64,000 nt of DNA from Candidatus Hecatella orcuttiae (GCA_002011035.2 MTLY02000003.1:448001-512000), one strand, 5' to 3'. Counted from the first letter of the stretch, positions 54,283 to 64,000 are shown. The notes: a model not told the origin generated them from the sequence alone. Numbers and translations are program-made.

Positions 54283-55167
54283 ATGTCCTTCCTTCGAAAG
54301 GTCCTCCCTTCCCTAAAGGCGGCGAAAGAAATGCACTTCACTAGAACACCTCTTAAAGAGAAGATCGCCCAAGCAGTCTACAGGCTGGAAACTCAGCTGA
54401 GCCGCTTAGAGCAGACCTCGGCGAAGCTTCAGCAAAGAGACCGGGAAATGTTCGAGAGATGCATAGGCGCCAAGGCCAACAACGACACAGCCCACGCGGT
54501 GATCTACGCCAATGAATGTGTGGAAATCAGAAACATGGCTAAAATCGTTCTAAGCAGCCAGCTGGCCCTCGAGAAGGTTATCCTCAGACTTCAAACCATC
54601 GAGGAAGTAGGCGACGTCATGGTTCACATGGCCCCGGTGCTGAGCATCGTAAAGGAAACCCGGGGAAACCTGAAGGGAGTGATCCCCGAGGTCTCCCAAG
54701 AGCTTGATGAAATCAACATCTTCCTCAACAACACCTTCTTAGAGGTGGGGACCACCCCGGAGCACATGGCCAATTTAGAGGCTTCCTCCTCCGAAGCCAA
54801 GAAAGTCCTTGAAGAAGCAGCAACCATAGCCGAGCGGAAGGTGAAAGAAGAATACCCCAAGCTCCCCGAACCTCCCCTCACAGCCCCAGAACCCCCAAGC
54901 CCTGAAGCTGAAGCCCTAACCGTCGGAGGTTCTCCGGAGCCAGCACCCTTCGAGGAAGAGAAACCGGTGGAGGCAGCTGAGCCTCCTACCCCCATCCAGG
55001 AAGTTCCCTTCGAACAGTTGAAAGAGCAAGTGTACGACTTCATAAGAGAATGCGGTGGAGAATTGAATCTAAGCCAGTGCGCTCAGGCTCTCAACGCTGA
55101 CATGGAATCTGTTCAGAAAGCCCTGGCTAAACTTGAGGAAGAGGGCCGAATTCGAGTTCAAACCTAG
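54283..55167 (+). CDS. cdvB: ESCRT-III CdvB with Pro-rich linker and C-terminal winged helix
   Basis: Snf7 core, YPKLPEPP MIM2-like motif, VYDFIRECGGELNLSQCA..L...L..EGRI winged helix. Confidence 0.9.
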   Translation: MSFLRKVLPSLKAAKEMHFTRTPLKEKIAQAVYRLETQLSRLEQTSAKLQQRDREMFERCIGAKANNDTAHAVIYANECVEIRNMAKIVLSSQLALEKVILRLQTIEEVGDVMVHMAPVLSIVKETRGNLKGVIPEVSQELDEINIFLNNTFLEVGTTPEHMANLEASSSEAKKVLEEAATIAERKVKEEYPKLPEPPLTAPEPPSPEAEALTVGGSPEPAPFEEEKPVEAAEPPTPIQEVPFEQLKEQVYDFIRECGGELNLSQCAQALNADMESVQKALAKLEEEGRIRVQT

Positions 55168-55196
55168 GCTGAAGCCTAGCGGGGGAACTGTTAGCG

Positions 55197-56333
55197 ATGA
55201 GCGCCCTCGAAGAACTGGAGCGCTACGCGGTTAAACATGCGTCTGAAGCCGTGCGGATGGACAGCCAAGGCGCCCGGGGAATGGCTGCCTCCGAGTATCA
55301 GCATGCCGTAGAAATTCTCCTTAAACTCTGCTCCCTCTACCCTAACGTTCCCCAGAACAGAATTTACATGAGCCGCATAGAAGCCTACAGGAAGAGGATC
55401 AAGGAGCTTCAAAAAGAGGGAGGGCAAGAGGAAAAAGCTGCGGAAGCCACAGCGGCAACCGGCCGCGTCGACTGTAAACTGAAGGAGAAACCTCGAGTTA
55501 AATGGGAGGACATTGCAAACCTAGAAAACGCCAAAAGAGCAATCCTCGAGGCTGTGGTCTACCCTGTTAAGAGGCCGGATTTGTTTCCCCTAGGCTGGCC
55601 TAAAGGCATCCTGCTCTTCGGGCCTCCTGGCTGCGGTAAAACCCTCATAGCCGCTGCCACGGCCAACGAAATCGACGCCAACTTTTACTGTGTGGACGCA
55701 GCGGCGATAATGTCCAAGTGGCTGGGGGAGTCGGAGAGAAACGTGGCTAAAATTTTTGAGGAAGCCAGAAGTTCATCCGCAAAGGGGAAGCCTTCTATCA
55801 TTTTCGTCGACGAGATAGACTCCCTCATGGCCTACCGTTCAGAGGAAGTAGGCGGAGAGGCTAGGGCGCGAAACCAGTTCCTCAAAGAAATGGACGGAAT
55901 CCTCGACAAAAACCGAAACCTCTACGTCTACGTTTTCGGAGCCACCAACAAGCCTTGGGCTTTAGACGAGCCTTTTGTGAGGCGTTTCCAGAAGAGGATT
56001 TTCGTCCCCCTCCCAGACCATCATGCCCGCTTGGAAATGATCAAAATCTACGCTAGGGAGCTAAACCTAGCCCCGGAAGTTGACGTGGAGGACTTGGCTA
56101 AAAGAATGGATGGCTTCAGCGGAAGCGACATCCGAGATCTCCTCCAATCAGCTCAGATAAAAGTGGTCAGAGAGTTCTTCGAAAACAACGGCTCCGCCTC
56201 CAACCCCCAAGCCAAGCCCAGAGCCATAACTTGGCATGATCTCCAAGAGGTTCTCTCAGAGCGAAAAACCAGCGTATCCCAAAACCTCCTCAAAGCCTAC
56301 AGAGAATGGGACTCCGCTTTCAAAGCCCTCTAG
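55197..56333 (+). CDS. cdvC: Vps4-like AAA ATPase CdvC
   Basis: N-terminal MIT helices; GPPGCGKT, SKWLGESE, FVDEID, GATNKPWALD, RRFQKRI. Confidence 0.93.
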   Translation: MSALEELERYAVKHASEAVRMDSQGARGMAASEYQHAVEILLKLCSLYPNVPQNRIYMSRIEAYRKRIKELQKEGGQEEKAAEATAATGRVDCKLKEKPRVKWEDIANLENAKRAILEAVVYPVKRPDLFPLGWPKGILLFGPPGCGKTLIAAATANEIDANFYCVDAAAIMSKWLGESERNVAKIFEEARSSSAKGKPSIIFVDEIDSLMAYRSEEVGGEARARNQFLKEMDGILDKNRNLYVYVFGATNKPWALDEPFVRRFQKRIFVPLPDHHARLEMIKIYARELNLAPEVDVEDLAKRMDGFSGSDIRDLLQSAQIKVVREFFENNGSASNPQAKPRAITWHDLQEVLSERKTSVSQNLLKAYREWDSAFKAL

Positions 56334-56489
56334 CCGGTTTTGCCGAGCCTTTCTTTCTAACTTTTTCAGCCGGAAAGCTTAAGTCACACGTTTCAGGTAG
56401 AGGGCTATTTGCATGAAGATAAGCGGAAAAACTAAATACGTATTGCCCCTCTTTTGAATAATCAAATAAAGGAGGAGTGTAGCTAAAAA

Positions 56490-58079
56490 ATGTCTGAAGG
56501 GCATGCGGACATCATCGTCATCGGAGCTGGACACAACGGGCTGATAGTGGCAGGTTATCTTCTGAAGGCCGGTTTCAGCGTCCTTGTAGTTGAGAAAAAT
56601 CCTTGGATCGGCGGCGCGACCAGCTGCCGGGAGGTCAACGGGTTCAAACTAGACTGGGCTTCCACCAACCACATCGACATTCAACCCAACCCTCTGCTGG
56701 TGGACGATGAGTTGCAGCTGAAGGCCAAATACGGGTTGAAGTACATCATCCCCGAAGTTCAGATGGCTGGGCCCTATCCAGATGGGACAAGCATGATCAT
56801 CTACAGGGATGTGGAGAAAACCGTCAAACAGGTGGCGAAGCTCTCCAAAAAGGACGCTCAAGCCTACCGCAGGTTCGCCCAGTGGGGTATCCAGTGTTTA
56901 GAAACCATCCTGCCCGGCATGTACAATCCTCCCCCCACCTTGGGAGCTATCGTTTCAGAGCTGGAGCAAAGCCCTGACGGGCAAGAGCTGCTGAGGGCTA
57001 TGATGATGAGCTTCGGAGACATCGTTGACGAATGGTTTGAAGACGACCGGGTGAAGGCTTTGCTTCTCCACTACGCTTCCGAGCTGCTGCTTCCCCCGTG
57101 GGAAAACGGAACAGGCTCAGTTCTCTTCATCATGATCCCTATCATGCACGTGTACGGGATGGGCTGCCCTGTAGGCGGCTCAGGCGCCCTGGCTGAAGCC
57201 TTGGGCAGATGCGTGGAGGCTTATGGAGGGAAAATCCTGACCAACAGCCCTGTTGAAAAAGTGATCGTGGAAAACGGGGAAGCCCGAGGTGTAATCTTGG
57301 AAAACGGCCGGCGGCTTCGAGCCGAGAAAGCGGTGGTGGCATGTCTTCACCCTAAGCCCCTGTTCCTCAACATGGTGGGTGAGGAGCATCTCGAACCCGG
57401 CTTCGTCCGGAGGGTTAAACGGGTTAAGCAGTCTGCCTTCTCAGGCATCAACACCACCTACATGCTGAACGAGGCTCCCCGCTTCAAGGTTGAAGAAGTC
57501 AACGAAGGAGCCAACTGGGAAATATCCTGGTCCCTAGAAGATATGATGGAACTCTTCCAAGACGTAGTCTTCCGGAGGGTGCCCCCCGAGAAACCATGCC
57601 CCAACGTGGTCTGCTGGTCGAAGCTGGACCCCTCCCGGGCTCCTCCAGGGAAGCATTCCCTCTACGCCATCAGCTACGCGCCCTACAACCTCAGAGACGG
57701 AGGGCCCTCCCAGTGGAAGGAAATAAAGGAGGAAGTAGCGGACAGCGTACTGGAATCCATAAGGGAGCATACCACCAACATGGGCTCCGGAAACATCCTC
57801 GGAAGACTCATAACAACTCCTGTGGACGTGGAGGAAGTCATCTCCAGCAACAACCTTCTCCACGGAGACCTCACAGGCGTGCGGGCGACGCTAGAACAGA
57901 CCTTCATGTTCCGACCTCTCATCAGCCTAGGGAACTACCGGACGCCTGTGGGGAAACTCTACCTAACTGGTGAGTGCACCCATCCCGGCGCTGGTGTGGC
58001 CGGCGGAGGCAGAGCTACCGCTCAAGTTATCCTGCAGGATTTCGGAATAAAATTTGACGATGTCCTGCGAAAGTCTTAG
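56490..58079 (+). CDS. phytoene-dehydrogenase-like FAD oxidoreductase
   Basis: IGAGHNGL, VEK...GG, GGSGAL, YRTP..KLYL.G..THPG.GV. Confidence 0.85.
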   Translation: MSEGHADIIVIGAGHNGLIVAGYLLKAGFSVLVVEKNPWIGGATSCREVNGFKLDWASTNHIDIQPNPLLVDDELQLKAKYGLKYIIPEVQMAGPYPDGTSMIIYRDVEKTVKQVAKLSKKDAQAYRRFAQWGIQCLETILPGMYNPPPTLGAIVSELEQSPDGQELLRAMMMSFGDIVDEWFEDDRVKALLLHYASELLLPPWENGTGSVLFIMIPIMHVYGMGCPVGGSGALAEALGRCVEAYGGKILTNSPVEKVIVENGEARGVILENGRRLRAEKAVVACLHPKPLFLNMVGEEHLEPGFVRRVKRVKQSAFSGINTTYMLNEAPRFKVEEVNEGANWEISWSLEDMMELFQDVVFRRVPPEKPCPNVVCWSKLDPSRAPPGKHSLYAISYAPYNLRDGGPSQWKEIKEEVADSVLESIREHTTNMGSGNILGRLITTPVDVEEVISSNNLLHGDLTGVRATLEQTFMFRPLISLGNYRTPVGKLYLTGECTHPGAGVAGGGRATAQVILQDFGIKFDDVLRKS

Positions 58080-58109
58080 CCTCGTAACCTAGAAGGTGCA
58101 CTGTGCCCT

Positions 58110-58538
58110 ATGCCGGAGGCTGAAGCGACCTTCACCATCAAGGCGCCGCTGGACCGGGTTTGGAGTTTTCTAGTGGACCCTAGGAGGTTAGGGTCCTGTT
58201 TCCCAGATGTTCAGGAGGTCAGGGTTTTGGATGAAAAGACGGCTGAATGGGTGCTGAAGGTGAAGCTTGGGTTCATCCGAAAGACCATCAAAATGAAGTC
58301 TACAGTCACGGACTTTGTCCCCCAGAAACGTGTGACGTTTCAGGGCGTTGCTGAGGAAGCGGAGCTCTCTGGGACTATGAACCTCGAGTCCGGCCCCGGG
58401 GAGGTAAAGATACATTATAAAATACTCATGGAAGGCAGAGGGCCTCTCGCCCCTCTGATGAACGACTTGATAAGGAGGAGGATAAGCAAACAAAGCCAAG
58501 AATTCATAGAAATTCTCCAAAAAAAGCTGGAAGTCTAG
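58110..58538 (+). CDS. CoxG/SRPBCC family protein
   Basis: APLDRVWSFLVDP..L.SC.P motif. Confidence 0.82.
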   Translation: MPEAEATFTIKAPLDRVWSFLVDPRRLGSCFPDVQEVRVLDEKTAEWVLKVKLGFIRKTIKMKSTVTDFVPQKRVTFQGVAEEAELSGTMNLESGPGEVKIHYKILMEGRGPLAPLMNDLIRRRISKQSQEFIEILQKKLEV

Positions 58539-58696
58539 TTTTCTTCAAGTTTAAAGCAGGAAATAAGGCTGGGACCAAAAAAATTTTAACCTTAAAATCC
58601 TTTTTTAGAACGACTTCTGAAAAGTGCACATTAGAGGCTCAGAAGATAGGCGTAAAGATCTAAAAAGGTAGTTGCCAGCAGAGGGCGACGGGGAAC

Positions 58697-60445
58697 ATGA
58701 TCGGCCGGTTGAGAGAGAGGTTCCATATACCCGCCCACGTAGAAAGGCTTGGAGTCCTAGACGTCCTCGGCATCGTAGCCGGCTTGGCAGGCGGATTGGG
58801 AGCGGTTTTTTTCCGATACATGATAGGGTTCACCCACTGGGCGTTCTTCGACCTTCTGCTTCCTCTCATCTCCTTCAGGGTGAACGGCTTTAACCTTGGA
58901 ATAATTCTTCTTCCCGCCATCGGAGGCCTGATAGTCGGGCCGATTGTTTTCACGTTCGCATCCGAAACTAAAGGCCACGGAGTGCCAGAGGTGATGGAGG
59001 CCATCCACCTCAGAGGTGGGAGAATAAGAAAGAGGGTGGCCGCTGTGAAGATAATCGCCTCCTCCATCACCATCGGCTCCGGGGGCAGCGCAGGCAGAGA
59101 AGGCCCCATAGCCCAGATTGGCGCCGCCCTCGGCTCCTTTCTGGGGCACTTCTTCCATCTGAAGGAGAGCGATGTTAAGCTCCTCGTCATCTGCGGCCTT
59201 TCAGCGGGCATCGCAGGCACTTTTAACGCACCCTTAGGCGGGGCGTTATTCGGTATGGAGGTTCTCTACCGTGAATTCCGCCCTTTGGACGCTGTGCCCA
59301 TAATTCTAGCCTCGGTTGTTGGAGCGGCTGTCGCAAGCATATTCTTTGGCTTAAACCCGGCTTTCCAAATTCCGCCTCTCCCCTTCACGAATCCGGCGGA
59401 GTTATTCTTCTACTTTCTGCTGGGACTGTTCTTCGGGCTGATGGCGGTGCTTTGGGTTAAGATTTTCTACGCCGTGGAAGACCTTTTCAACAGCCTTAAG
59501 CTTCAGCCAAGGCTTAAACTCGCCGTCGGCGGGCTTCTAACCGGAGGCATTGGAATGTTGTTCCCCACCTACGGAATAATGGGCGTGGGATATGAAGGCA
59601 TAGACTTGGCGCTTGTAGGGACTTTCCCCTTGGTCTTACTGCTGGTGCTGGGGTTCTTGAAACTTTTCGCAACCTCCTTCACCATCGGCTCAGGGGGCAG
59701 CGGAGGCATCTTCGCTCCGTCGCTGTTTATTGGCGCCATGTTAGGCGGCTTCCTAGGCCTTGTGTTTCACGGCATCTCCCCGGAGATCATCCAATACCCT
59801 TACGCTTTCTCCCTCGCAGGAATGGGCGCTCTTTTCGCCGGCGCAGCCCGAGCGCCTTTAACCTGCATGATCATGATTCCTGAAATGACGAACGACTGGA
59901 GTTTACTTCCCCCACTCATGCTTTCCACCGTCACCAGCTTCCTCATCTCCTCCTTCCTTCTCCGAGGCTCCTCCATCTACACTCTCAAACTGGAGAGAAG
60001 AGGAGTGCGGCTGAGGGAAAGAAGGAGGATAGACACTTTGGACCTGATAAAGGTAGGGGAAGTCATGGAAACCAAACTAGTCACTGTTCCCCCTGACATT
60101 ACAGTTTCCCAGTTTATGGAGGTCCTCAGAAAACACCGCCACATGGGCTACCCAGTGGTGGACAAAGGCCGGCTGATCGGAATGATGACCTTCGACGACG
60201 TCTTGAAGATACCCCGCGACATGAGGGACAAAGTAACTGTGCTGCAGGCGGCAAACCAGAAGCTGGCGGTTACATACCCGGATGAAACCGTGCACAGAGC
60301 TCTGGACAAAATGTATGAGCGAGGGGTCGATAGGCTGGCTGTTGTGGACAGAGAGCATCCGGAAAAACTGCTGGGCATTATAACTGACCGCGACGTCATC
60401 CACGCCCATCACATCGTAACCGAGAGAAGTTCTGAACTCGAGTAA
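58697..60445 (+). CDS. ClC chloride channel/antiporter with CBS pair
   Basis: GHGVPEV, GREGP, FNAPLGG, GGIFAP; two CBS domains. Confidence 0.93.
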   Translation: MIGRLRERFHIPAHVERLGVLDVLGIVAGLAGGLGAVFFRYMIGFTHWAFFDLLLPLISFRVNGFNLGIILLPAIGGLIVGPIVFTFASETKGHGVPEVMEAIHLRGGRIRKRVAAVKIIASSITIGSGGSAGREGPIAQIGAALGSFLGHFFHLKESDVKLLVICGLSAGIAGTFNAPLGGALFGMEVLYREFRPLDAVPIILASVVGAAVASIFFGLNPAFQIPPLPFTNPAELFFYFLLGLFFGLMAVLWVKIFYAVEDLFNSLKLQPRLKLAVGGLLTGGIGMLFPTYGIMGVGYEGIDLALVGTFPLVLLLVLGFLKLFATSFTIGSGGSGGIFAPSLFIGAMLGGFLGLVFHGISPEIIQYPYAFSLAGMGALFAGAARAPLTCMIMIPEMTNDWSLLPPLMLSTVTSFLISSFLLRGSSIYTLKLERRGVRLRERRRIDTLDLIKVGEVMETKLVTVPPDITVSQFMEVLRKHRHMGYPVVDKGRLIGMMTFDDVLKIPRDMRDKVTVLQAANQKLAVTYPDETVHRALDKMYERGVDRLAVVDREHPEKLLGIITDRDVIHAHHIVTERSSELE

Positions 60446-60601
60446 GCCTCCAGCTCAAGCATAACCAGCTTATTTAGGACGGATAGGTCTAAACCAGCAA
60501 ACAACAGGCTAAAAAAGAAGGATATATCCTACCCTTTACTGGGCAATCAGCTTATTAAGTCTCTTTCTTCACTATCTTTTGAATTTTCTCCAGGTGAAAG
60601 C

Positions 60602-61726
60602 ATGGCTAAGTTTCTGTGCAGCAGAAAACACTTAATCGAAAACCTGTTAAACCTAGTCCGCATACCCAGCCTCTCCGGCTCAGAGGAGGCAATAGCCTCC
60701 GAGGTTTCAAGACAGTTGGAAGCCTTGGGGCTCACCCCCAAAACAGACTCCCACTTCAACGTCCAAGCCGAGATGGGCTCAGGGAAGACCTTGCTGCTCA
60801 ACGCCCACCTGGACACAGTTCCCCCCGGGAAGGGATGGAGCTTCAACCCCTACAAAGGGAAGCTGGTGGGTGGAAGGATCTACGGTTTGGGCGCATCCGA
60901 CAACAAGTCAGGCGCAGCCGCCATGCTAGAGATCGCTCGAGTTCTATCTCGGAAAGACTTGGAAGGGAAAGTTGTTTTCCTCTTCACATCACAGGAAGAG
61001 TCAGGAGATACTCGCGCAAGAAAGGAGGTCATGAAGAGGCTGAAAGCTGATGCAGGCGTATGCCTTGACACCTGCCTTCGGCAGCCCCAGGGAGCCGCGG
61101 AAATCGTGGTAGGGTGCAGAAGCATCCAGAACTTCACCCTCCAAGTCTTGGGTAAGGCCTACCATTCCTCAGAGCCGTCGTTGGGGGTCAACGCCATCTA
61201 CAGGGCGGTGGACTTTATCGAAGCCTTCCAGAAGCTACGGTATCCCTCCATCAAAAAGCCCGCGGAGGCCTCCTCGGTGGCCAGTGTCACCACCATGAAC
61301 ACCGACGGCTGGCCTACTCGAATTCCGGACCTATGTGAGCTCACCGTCAACTACCGAGGCCTACCCGGGGAGGAGATGGAGAAAATACAGGCTAAAATCC
61401 GCCGCCTAGCCGAAAAAACCTTGGAAAAAGACTTCCGTCTAAAGCTCAGACACCGGAGGAAAGGCTACTTGCTCTCCCTCCGAGAACCCATCTACAAGGC
61501 TGCGGAAAAAGCCTTGGCCGAAATGGGCCTTAGAAGCACACCTGTCGTTTCCAAAGGCTGGATTGACGCCGCGGACTTCTACAACAGGGCCGCAGTCCCC
61601 ATCATAGGCTTAGGCACCACCACCCACGGACAAGCCCACGTGAAGGATGAATATGAAGAAGTAGAAAACCTCCACCAAGGCGCTGAGGCAGTCCTGAGGA
61701 CGGTTCTAACCTACTTTAAAACCTGA
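60602..61726 (+). CDS. M20 family metallo-amidohydrolase (ArgE/DapE-like)
   Basis: NAHLDTV, GASDNKSG, QEE, G.AYHSS.P..G.NAI, AH..DE. Confidence 0.88.
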   Translation: MAKFLCSRKHLIENLLNLVRIPSLSGSEEAIASEVSRQLEALGLTPKTDSHFNVQAEMGSGKTLLLNAHLDTVPPGKGWSFNPYKGKLVGGRIYGLGASDNKSGAAAMLEIARVLSRKDLEGKVVFLFTSQEESGDTRARKEVMKRLKADAGVCLDTCLRQPQGAAEIVVGCRSIQNFTLQVLGKAYHSSEPSLGVNAIYRAVDFIEAFQKLRYPSIKKPAEASSVASVTTMNTDGWPTRIPDLCELTVNYRGLPGEEMEKIQAKIRRLAEKTLEKDFRLKLRHRRKGYLLSLREPIYKAAEKALAEMGLRSTPVVSKGWIDAADFYNRAAVPIIGLGTTTHGQAHVKDEYEEVENLHQGAEAVLRTVLTYFKT

Positions 61727-62252
61727 CACCCCTTCCACGGAAAAAGCCCTCGAGGCGGAGGGCTGCAAGCCCTGAAAGCCACCCTAAAAAGGCTCCAGCC
61801 ACCACGTCAGTGGGCCAGTGGTAGCCTAGATACACCCGGCTGAAGCCGGCGATGAAGGCGGCAGACCATAGGAGAATCTTCCCCCGGAGAAATCTTCTGC
61901 CAAGGACGGTGGCGGCTGAGAAAGCCCTGGCTGTGTGGCCGCTGGGGAAGCTGGAGGCAGCCTCCCCCACCAACTCTCCGGAGGCGGTGGCGCTTGGGGC
62001 GAAAGGCCTCGGCCGGAAGAAGGCCAGCTTGAAGGCGGCTACCGTGGCGATGGAGATGGCTAGGCCTAGAGCTAGGAGGTAGGCTTCCCTTCTCCTCCCG
62101 GCGGCGAAAAGAGCGGTGGCCACCGAAGCCCAGAGGATGATGGAGCCCAGAATGGTCAGCTCCCTAAATATCTCGTAGGCCAGAGGGGAGGACAGGTAAA
62201 GGCTGATAGCCAGAAAAACCCAGCGGTCAACGGAAGAAACAACACCGGCCAG
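61716..62252 (-). CDS. PAP2 family membrane phosphatase
   Basis: K....RPRP, SFPSGH, SRVYLGYHWPTDV; the frame continues upstream of GTG 62123 to a CTG at 62252 preceded by AGGAGG. Confidence 0.85.
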   Translation of the reverse strand: MAGVVSSVDRWVFLAISLYLSSPLAYEIFRELTILGSIILWASVATALFAAGRRREAYLLALGLAISIATVAAFKLAFFRPRPFAPSATASGELVGEAASSFPSGHTARAFSAATVLGRRFLRGKILLWSAAFIAGFSRVYLGYHWPTDVVAGAFLGWLSGLAALRLEGFFRGRGVRF

Positions 62253-62361
62253 CGGAAGCGCCTCCTGAAGGTTGGAATAGTTTAAGGGCCTTAAAGTCCT
62301 TAAAGCTATAAGCTATAATAAAACTTCCAGCCGCCTCGGTGGAAAAGGAGTTGAACCTGAA

Positions 62362-63327
62362 TTGCGCCGGAAACCCGGAAGCCTGACGGTTCTGGCCGGT
62401 GGAACAGGCTCAGCTAAGCTGATCCGAGGCTTGGCGGAGGTCATTCCCCAAGAAAACCTCACCGTCATAGTCAACGTGGGAGACAACATCCGCCTCTACG
62501 GCCTCATCGTCTGCCCAGACCTCGACACGGTGATGTACAACCTGGCAGGTGTCGCCGACGAGAAGAGAGGCTGGGGCATCGCCGGGGACAGCTTCAACGC
62601 CCAAAAAATGCTAGCCTGTTACGGTTTGGAGACATGGTTCAACTTGGGAGACAGAGACCTAGCCACCCACATTCACCGCACAGCCCTCTTAGCCGGAGGC
62701 CTGAAGCTTTCTGAGGCCACTCGGCTTCTGGCCGAGGCCTTAGGGGTTAAAGCCCGCATTCTCCCCGCCTCCGACGACTGGATTGAGACCGTGGTCCACA
62801 CCTCAGAAGGATGGATGCATTTTCAGGAATTCTGGGTTAAGCGGAAGGCGGAGCCCAAAGTTTTGAAGGTGGAATACCAAGGCGTGGAGGACTCTAAGCC
62901 AGCGGATGGGGTGGTGGAAGCTATCTCGGAGGCGGAAGCCGTCATCCTCAGCCCGGCTAACCCCATCACCAGCATCCAACCCATCTTGGATATTCCCGGC
63001 GTCAGAAAAGCCTTAGGGGAGACAGAAGCCTCGGTCCTAGCTGTGTCGCCCATCGTGGGGGGAAGCCCTGTCAGCGGCCCCGCTGGGAGGCTGATGGCCG
63101 GGTTAGGTCTTAAGGTTTCCGCCTATACGGTGGCTGAACGGTATAGGGACTTCTTAGATGTCTTCCTCATCGACCGCCGGGATGAGGCGTTGAAGAACGC
63201 CATAGAAAGCTTGAAGATAAAATGCATCCCCACCGACATCATCATGGCCAGCCGGCGGGATGAGAGGACGCTGGCTGAATTCATCATAAAAACCCTGCGC
63301 GCAGAAGGCGCCTCTACATCTGCTTAA
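62362..63327 (+). CDS. cofD: 2-phospho-L-lactate transferase (F420 biosynthesis)
   Basis: [48 protein letters not shown]. Confidence 0.93.
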   Translation: MRRKPGSLTVLAGGTGSAKLIRGLAEVIPQENLTVIVNVGDNIRLYGLIVCPDLDTVMYNLAGVADEKRGWGIAGDSFNAQKMLACYGLETWFNLGDRDLATHIHRTALLAGGLKLSEATRLLAEALGVKARILPASDDWIETVVHTSEGWMHFQEFWVKRKAEPKVLKVEYQGVEDSKPADGVVEAISEAEAVILSPANPITSIQPILDIPGVRKALGETEASVLAVSPIVGGSPVSGPAGRLMAGLGLKVSAYTVAERYRDFLDVFLIDRRDEALKNAIESLKIKCIPTDIIMASRRDERTLAEFIIKTLRAEGASTSA

Positions 63328-64000
63328 CGCTTGGCCTTGGCCAAAACCAAGTCCGCTATCTCCCCGGCAATGTCCACCCCGCTGGAAGTCTGCAGCCCCC
63401 GGAAGCCGGGTTGACTGTTAACTTCGTGGACGACCAGGCCTTCATTTTCTTTCTCCATGAGGTCCACTCCCGCTACTTCGCAGCCCACAGCCTTAGCTGC
63501 CCTCACAGCCAAGTCTTCCACTTCCCCCTCAGGCTTGAAGGGAACCGGCTGCCCTCCGCGGCTGACGTTGGTCTTCCATTCCGAGGAAACCCGGTACATG
63601 GCTGCGGGAACCCTGTCCCCCACCACCAGGCAACGGATGTCCCGGCTGCCGTGCTCCACGAACTCCTGCTGGTAGAGGACGAAGTGGTTGTAGGCCAGAT
63701 GCCTGAAGATTCTCCCCGCCACCTCCCCATCGGATGTTCTGGTGATCCCCAGCCCCCTGGAGCCGAAGATGGGCTTCACAACCACCTGGCTGCCCAGTTG
63801 GGGGAAAGTCTTGAAGGCTTCCCGGGGGCTCTCGGTCACCACCGTTCGAGGAACTCGAAGCCCTGCGTCTTCCAGCAGGGTTAGGGTGTAATACTTGTCC
63901 GCCGCCCTTTCGATGGCGAGGGCGGGGTTGACGACGGGGACCCCCAGCCTCTCCAGCCTGTGAAGCATGTCCACCCTGAAGATGACCTCATCCAAGGACC
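63324..64000 (-). CDS. RimK-family ATP-grasp alpha-L-glutamate ligase (MptN/CofF-like), 5' end outside window
   Basis: DK, VP.T, VVKP.FGS.G.G, QEF, DIR, WKTN...G, GVD, EVNSQPG. Confidence 0.88.
   Translation of the reverse strand, partial: SLDEVIFRVDMLHRLERLGVPVVNPALAIERAADKYYTLTLLEDAGLRVPRTVVTESPREAFKTFPQLGSQVVVKPIFGSRGLGITRTSDGEVAGRIFRHLAYNHFVLYQQEFVEHGSRDIRCLVVGDRVPAAMYRVSSEWKTNVSRGGQPVPFKPEGEVEDLAVRAAKAVGCEVAGVDLMEKENEGLVVHEVNSQPGFRGLQTSSGVDIAGEIADLVLAKAKR

Noticed and set aside
58697-60445. Fluoride-specific CLC-F exporter
   Set aside because: Has GHGVP and GREGP rather than the CLC-F GNNLI/GMGLI and GREGT motifs
1-64000. Many 60-240 aa antisense or alternate-frame ORFs; tRNA, rRNA, integrase and stop-codon recoding
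   Set aside because: The shadow ORFs overlap well-supported genes and lack motifs; no cloverleaf, rRNA, recombinase or interrupted conserved gene was recognised by eye (tRNAscan-SE and Infernal were not run)

Overview
Archaeal chromosomal DNA, densely coding, with no tRNA, rRNA, CRISPR array or transposase recognisable by eye. The marker genes (rpl7ae-rps28e-rpl24e-ndk, aIF5B, rpoE1-spt4, type 2 IDI, CdvB/CdvC, a Nitrosopumilus-type S-layer protein, F420/pterin genes) suggest a TACK-lineage, Bathyarchaeia-like organism (inference). In order, the window holds: a corrinoid uptake and remodelling cluster (btuFCD divergent from cobD-zf-cobQ-cbiB-cbiS-cobS); a GT4/trehalose-phosphatase region around a long coiled-coil protein; housekeeping genes; and a 4.5-kb accessory operon between ndk and infB encoding two CuA-motif cupredoxins (one fused to a membrane polyferredoxin), a His-repeat surface protein and a wHTH regulator. 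It continues with hppA, serK, a FolP carrying a C-terminal Prd-like domain next to a CofE-like ligase, and a ~13-kb envelope/cytoskeleton region (CetZ-like tubulin, S-layer protein, three coiled-coil membrane-anchored stalk proteins including a collagen-like one, an RHH paralog pair, two ESCRT-III genes and Vps4). The best candidates for undescribed systems are the CuA/polyferredoxin operon lacking a catalytic oxidase or N2O-reductase subunit, the envelope/division cluster, and the permuted FolP-Prd plus CofE folate module. All family calls come from motif recognition by eye, not from database searches.
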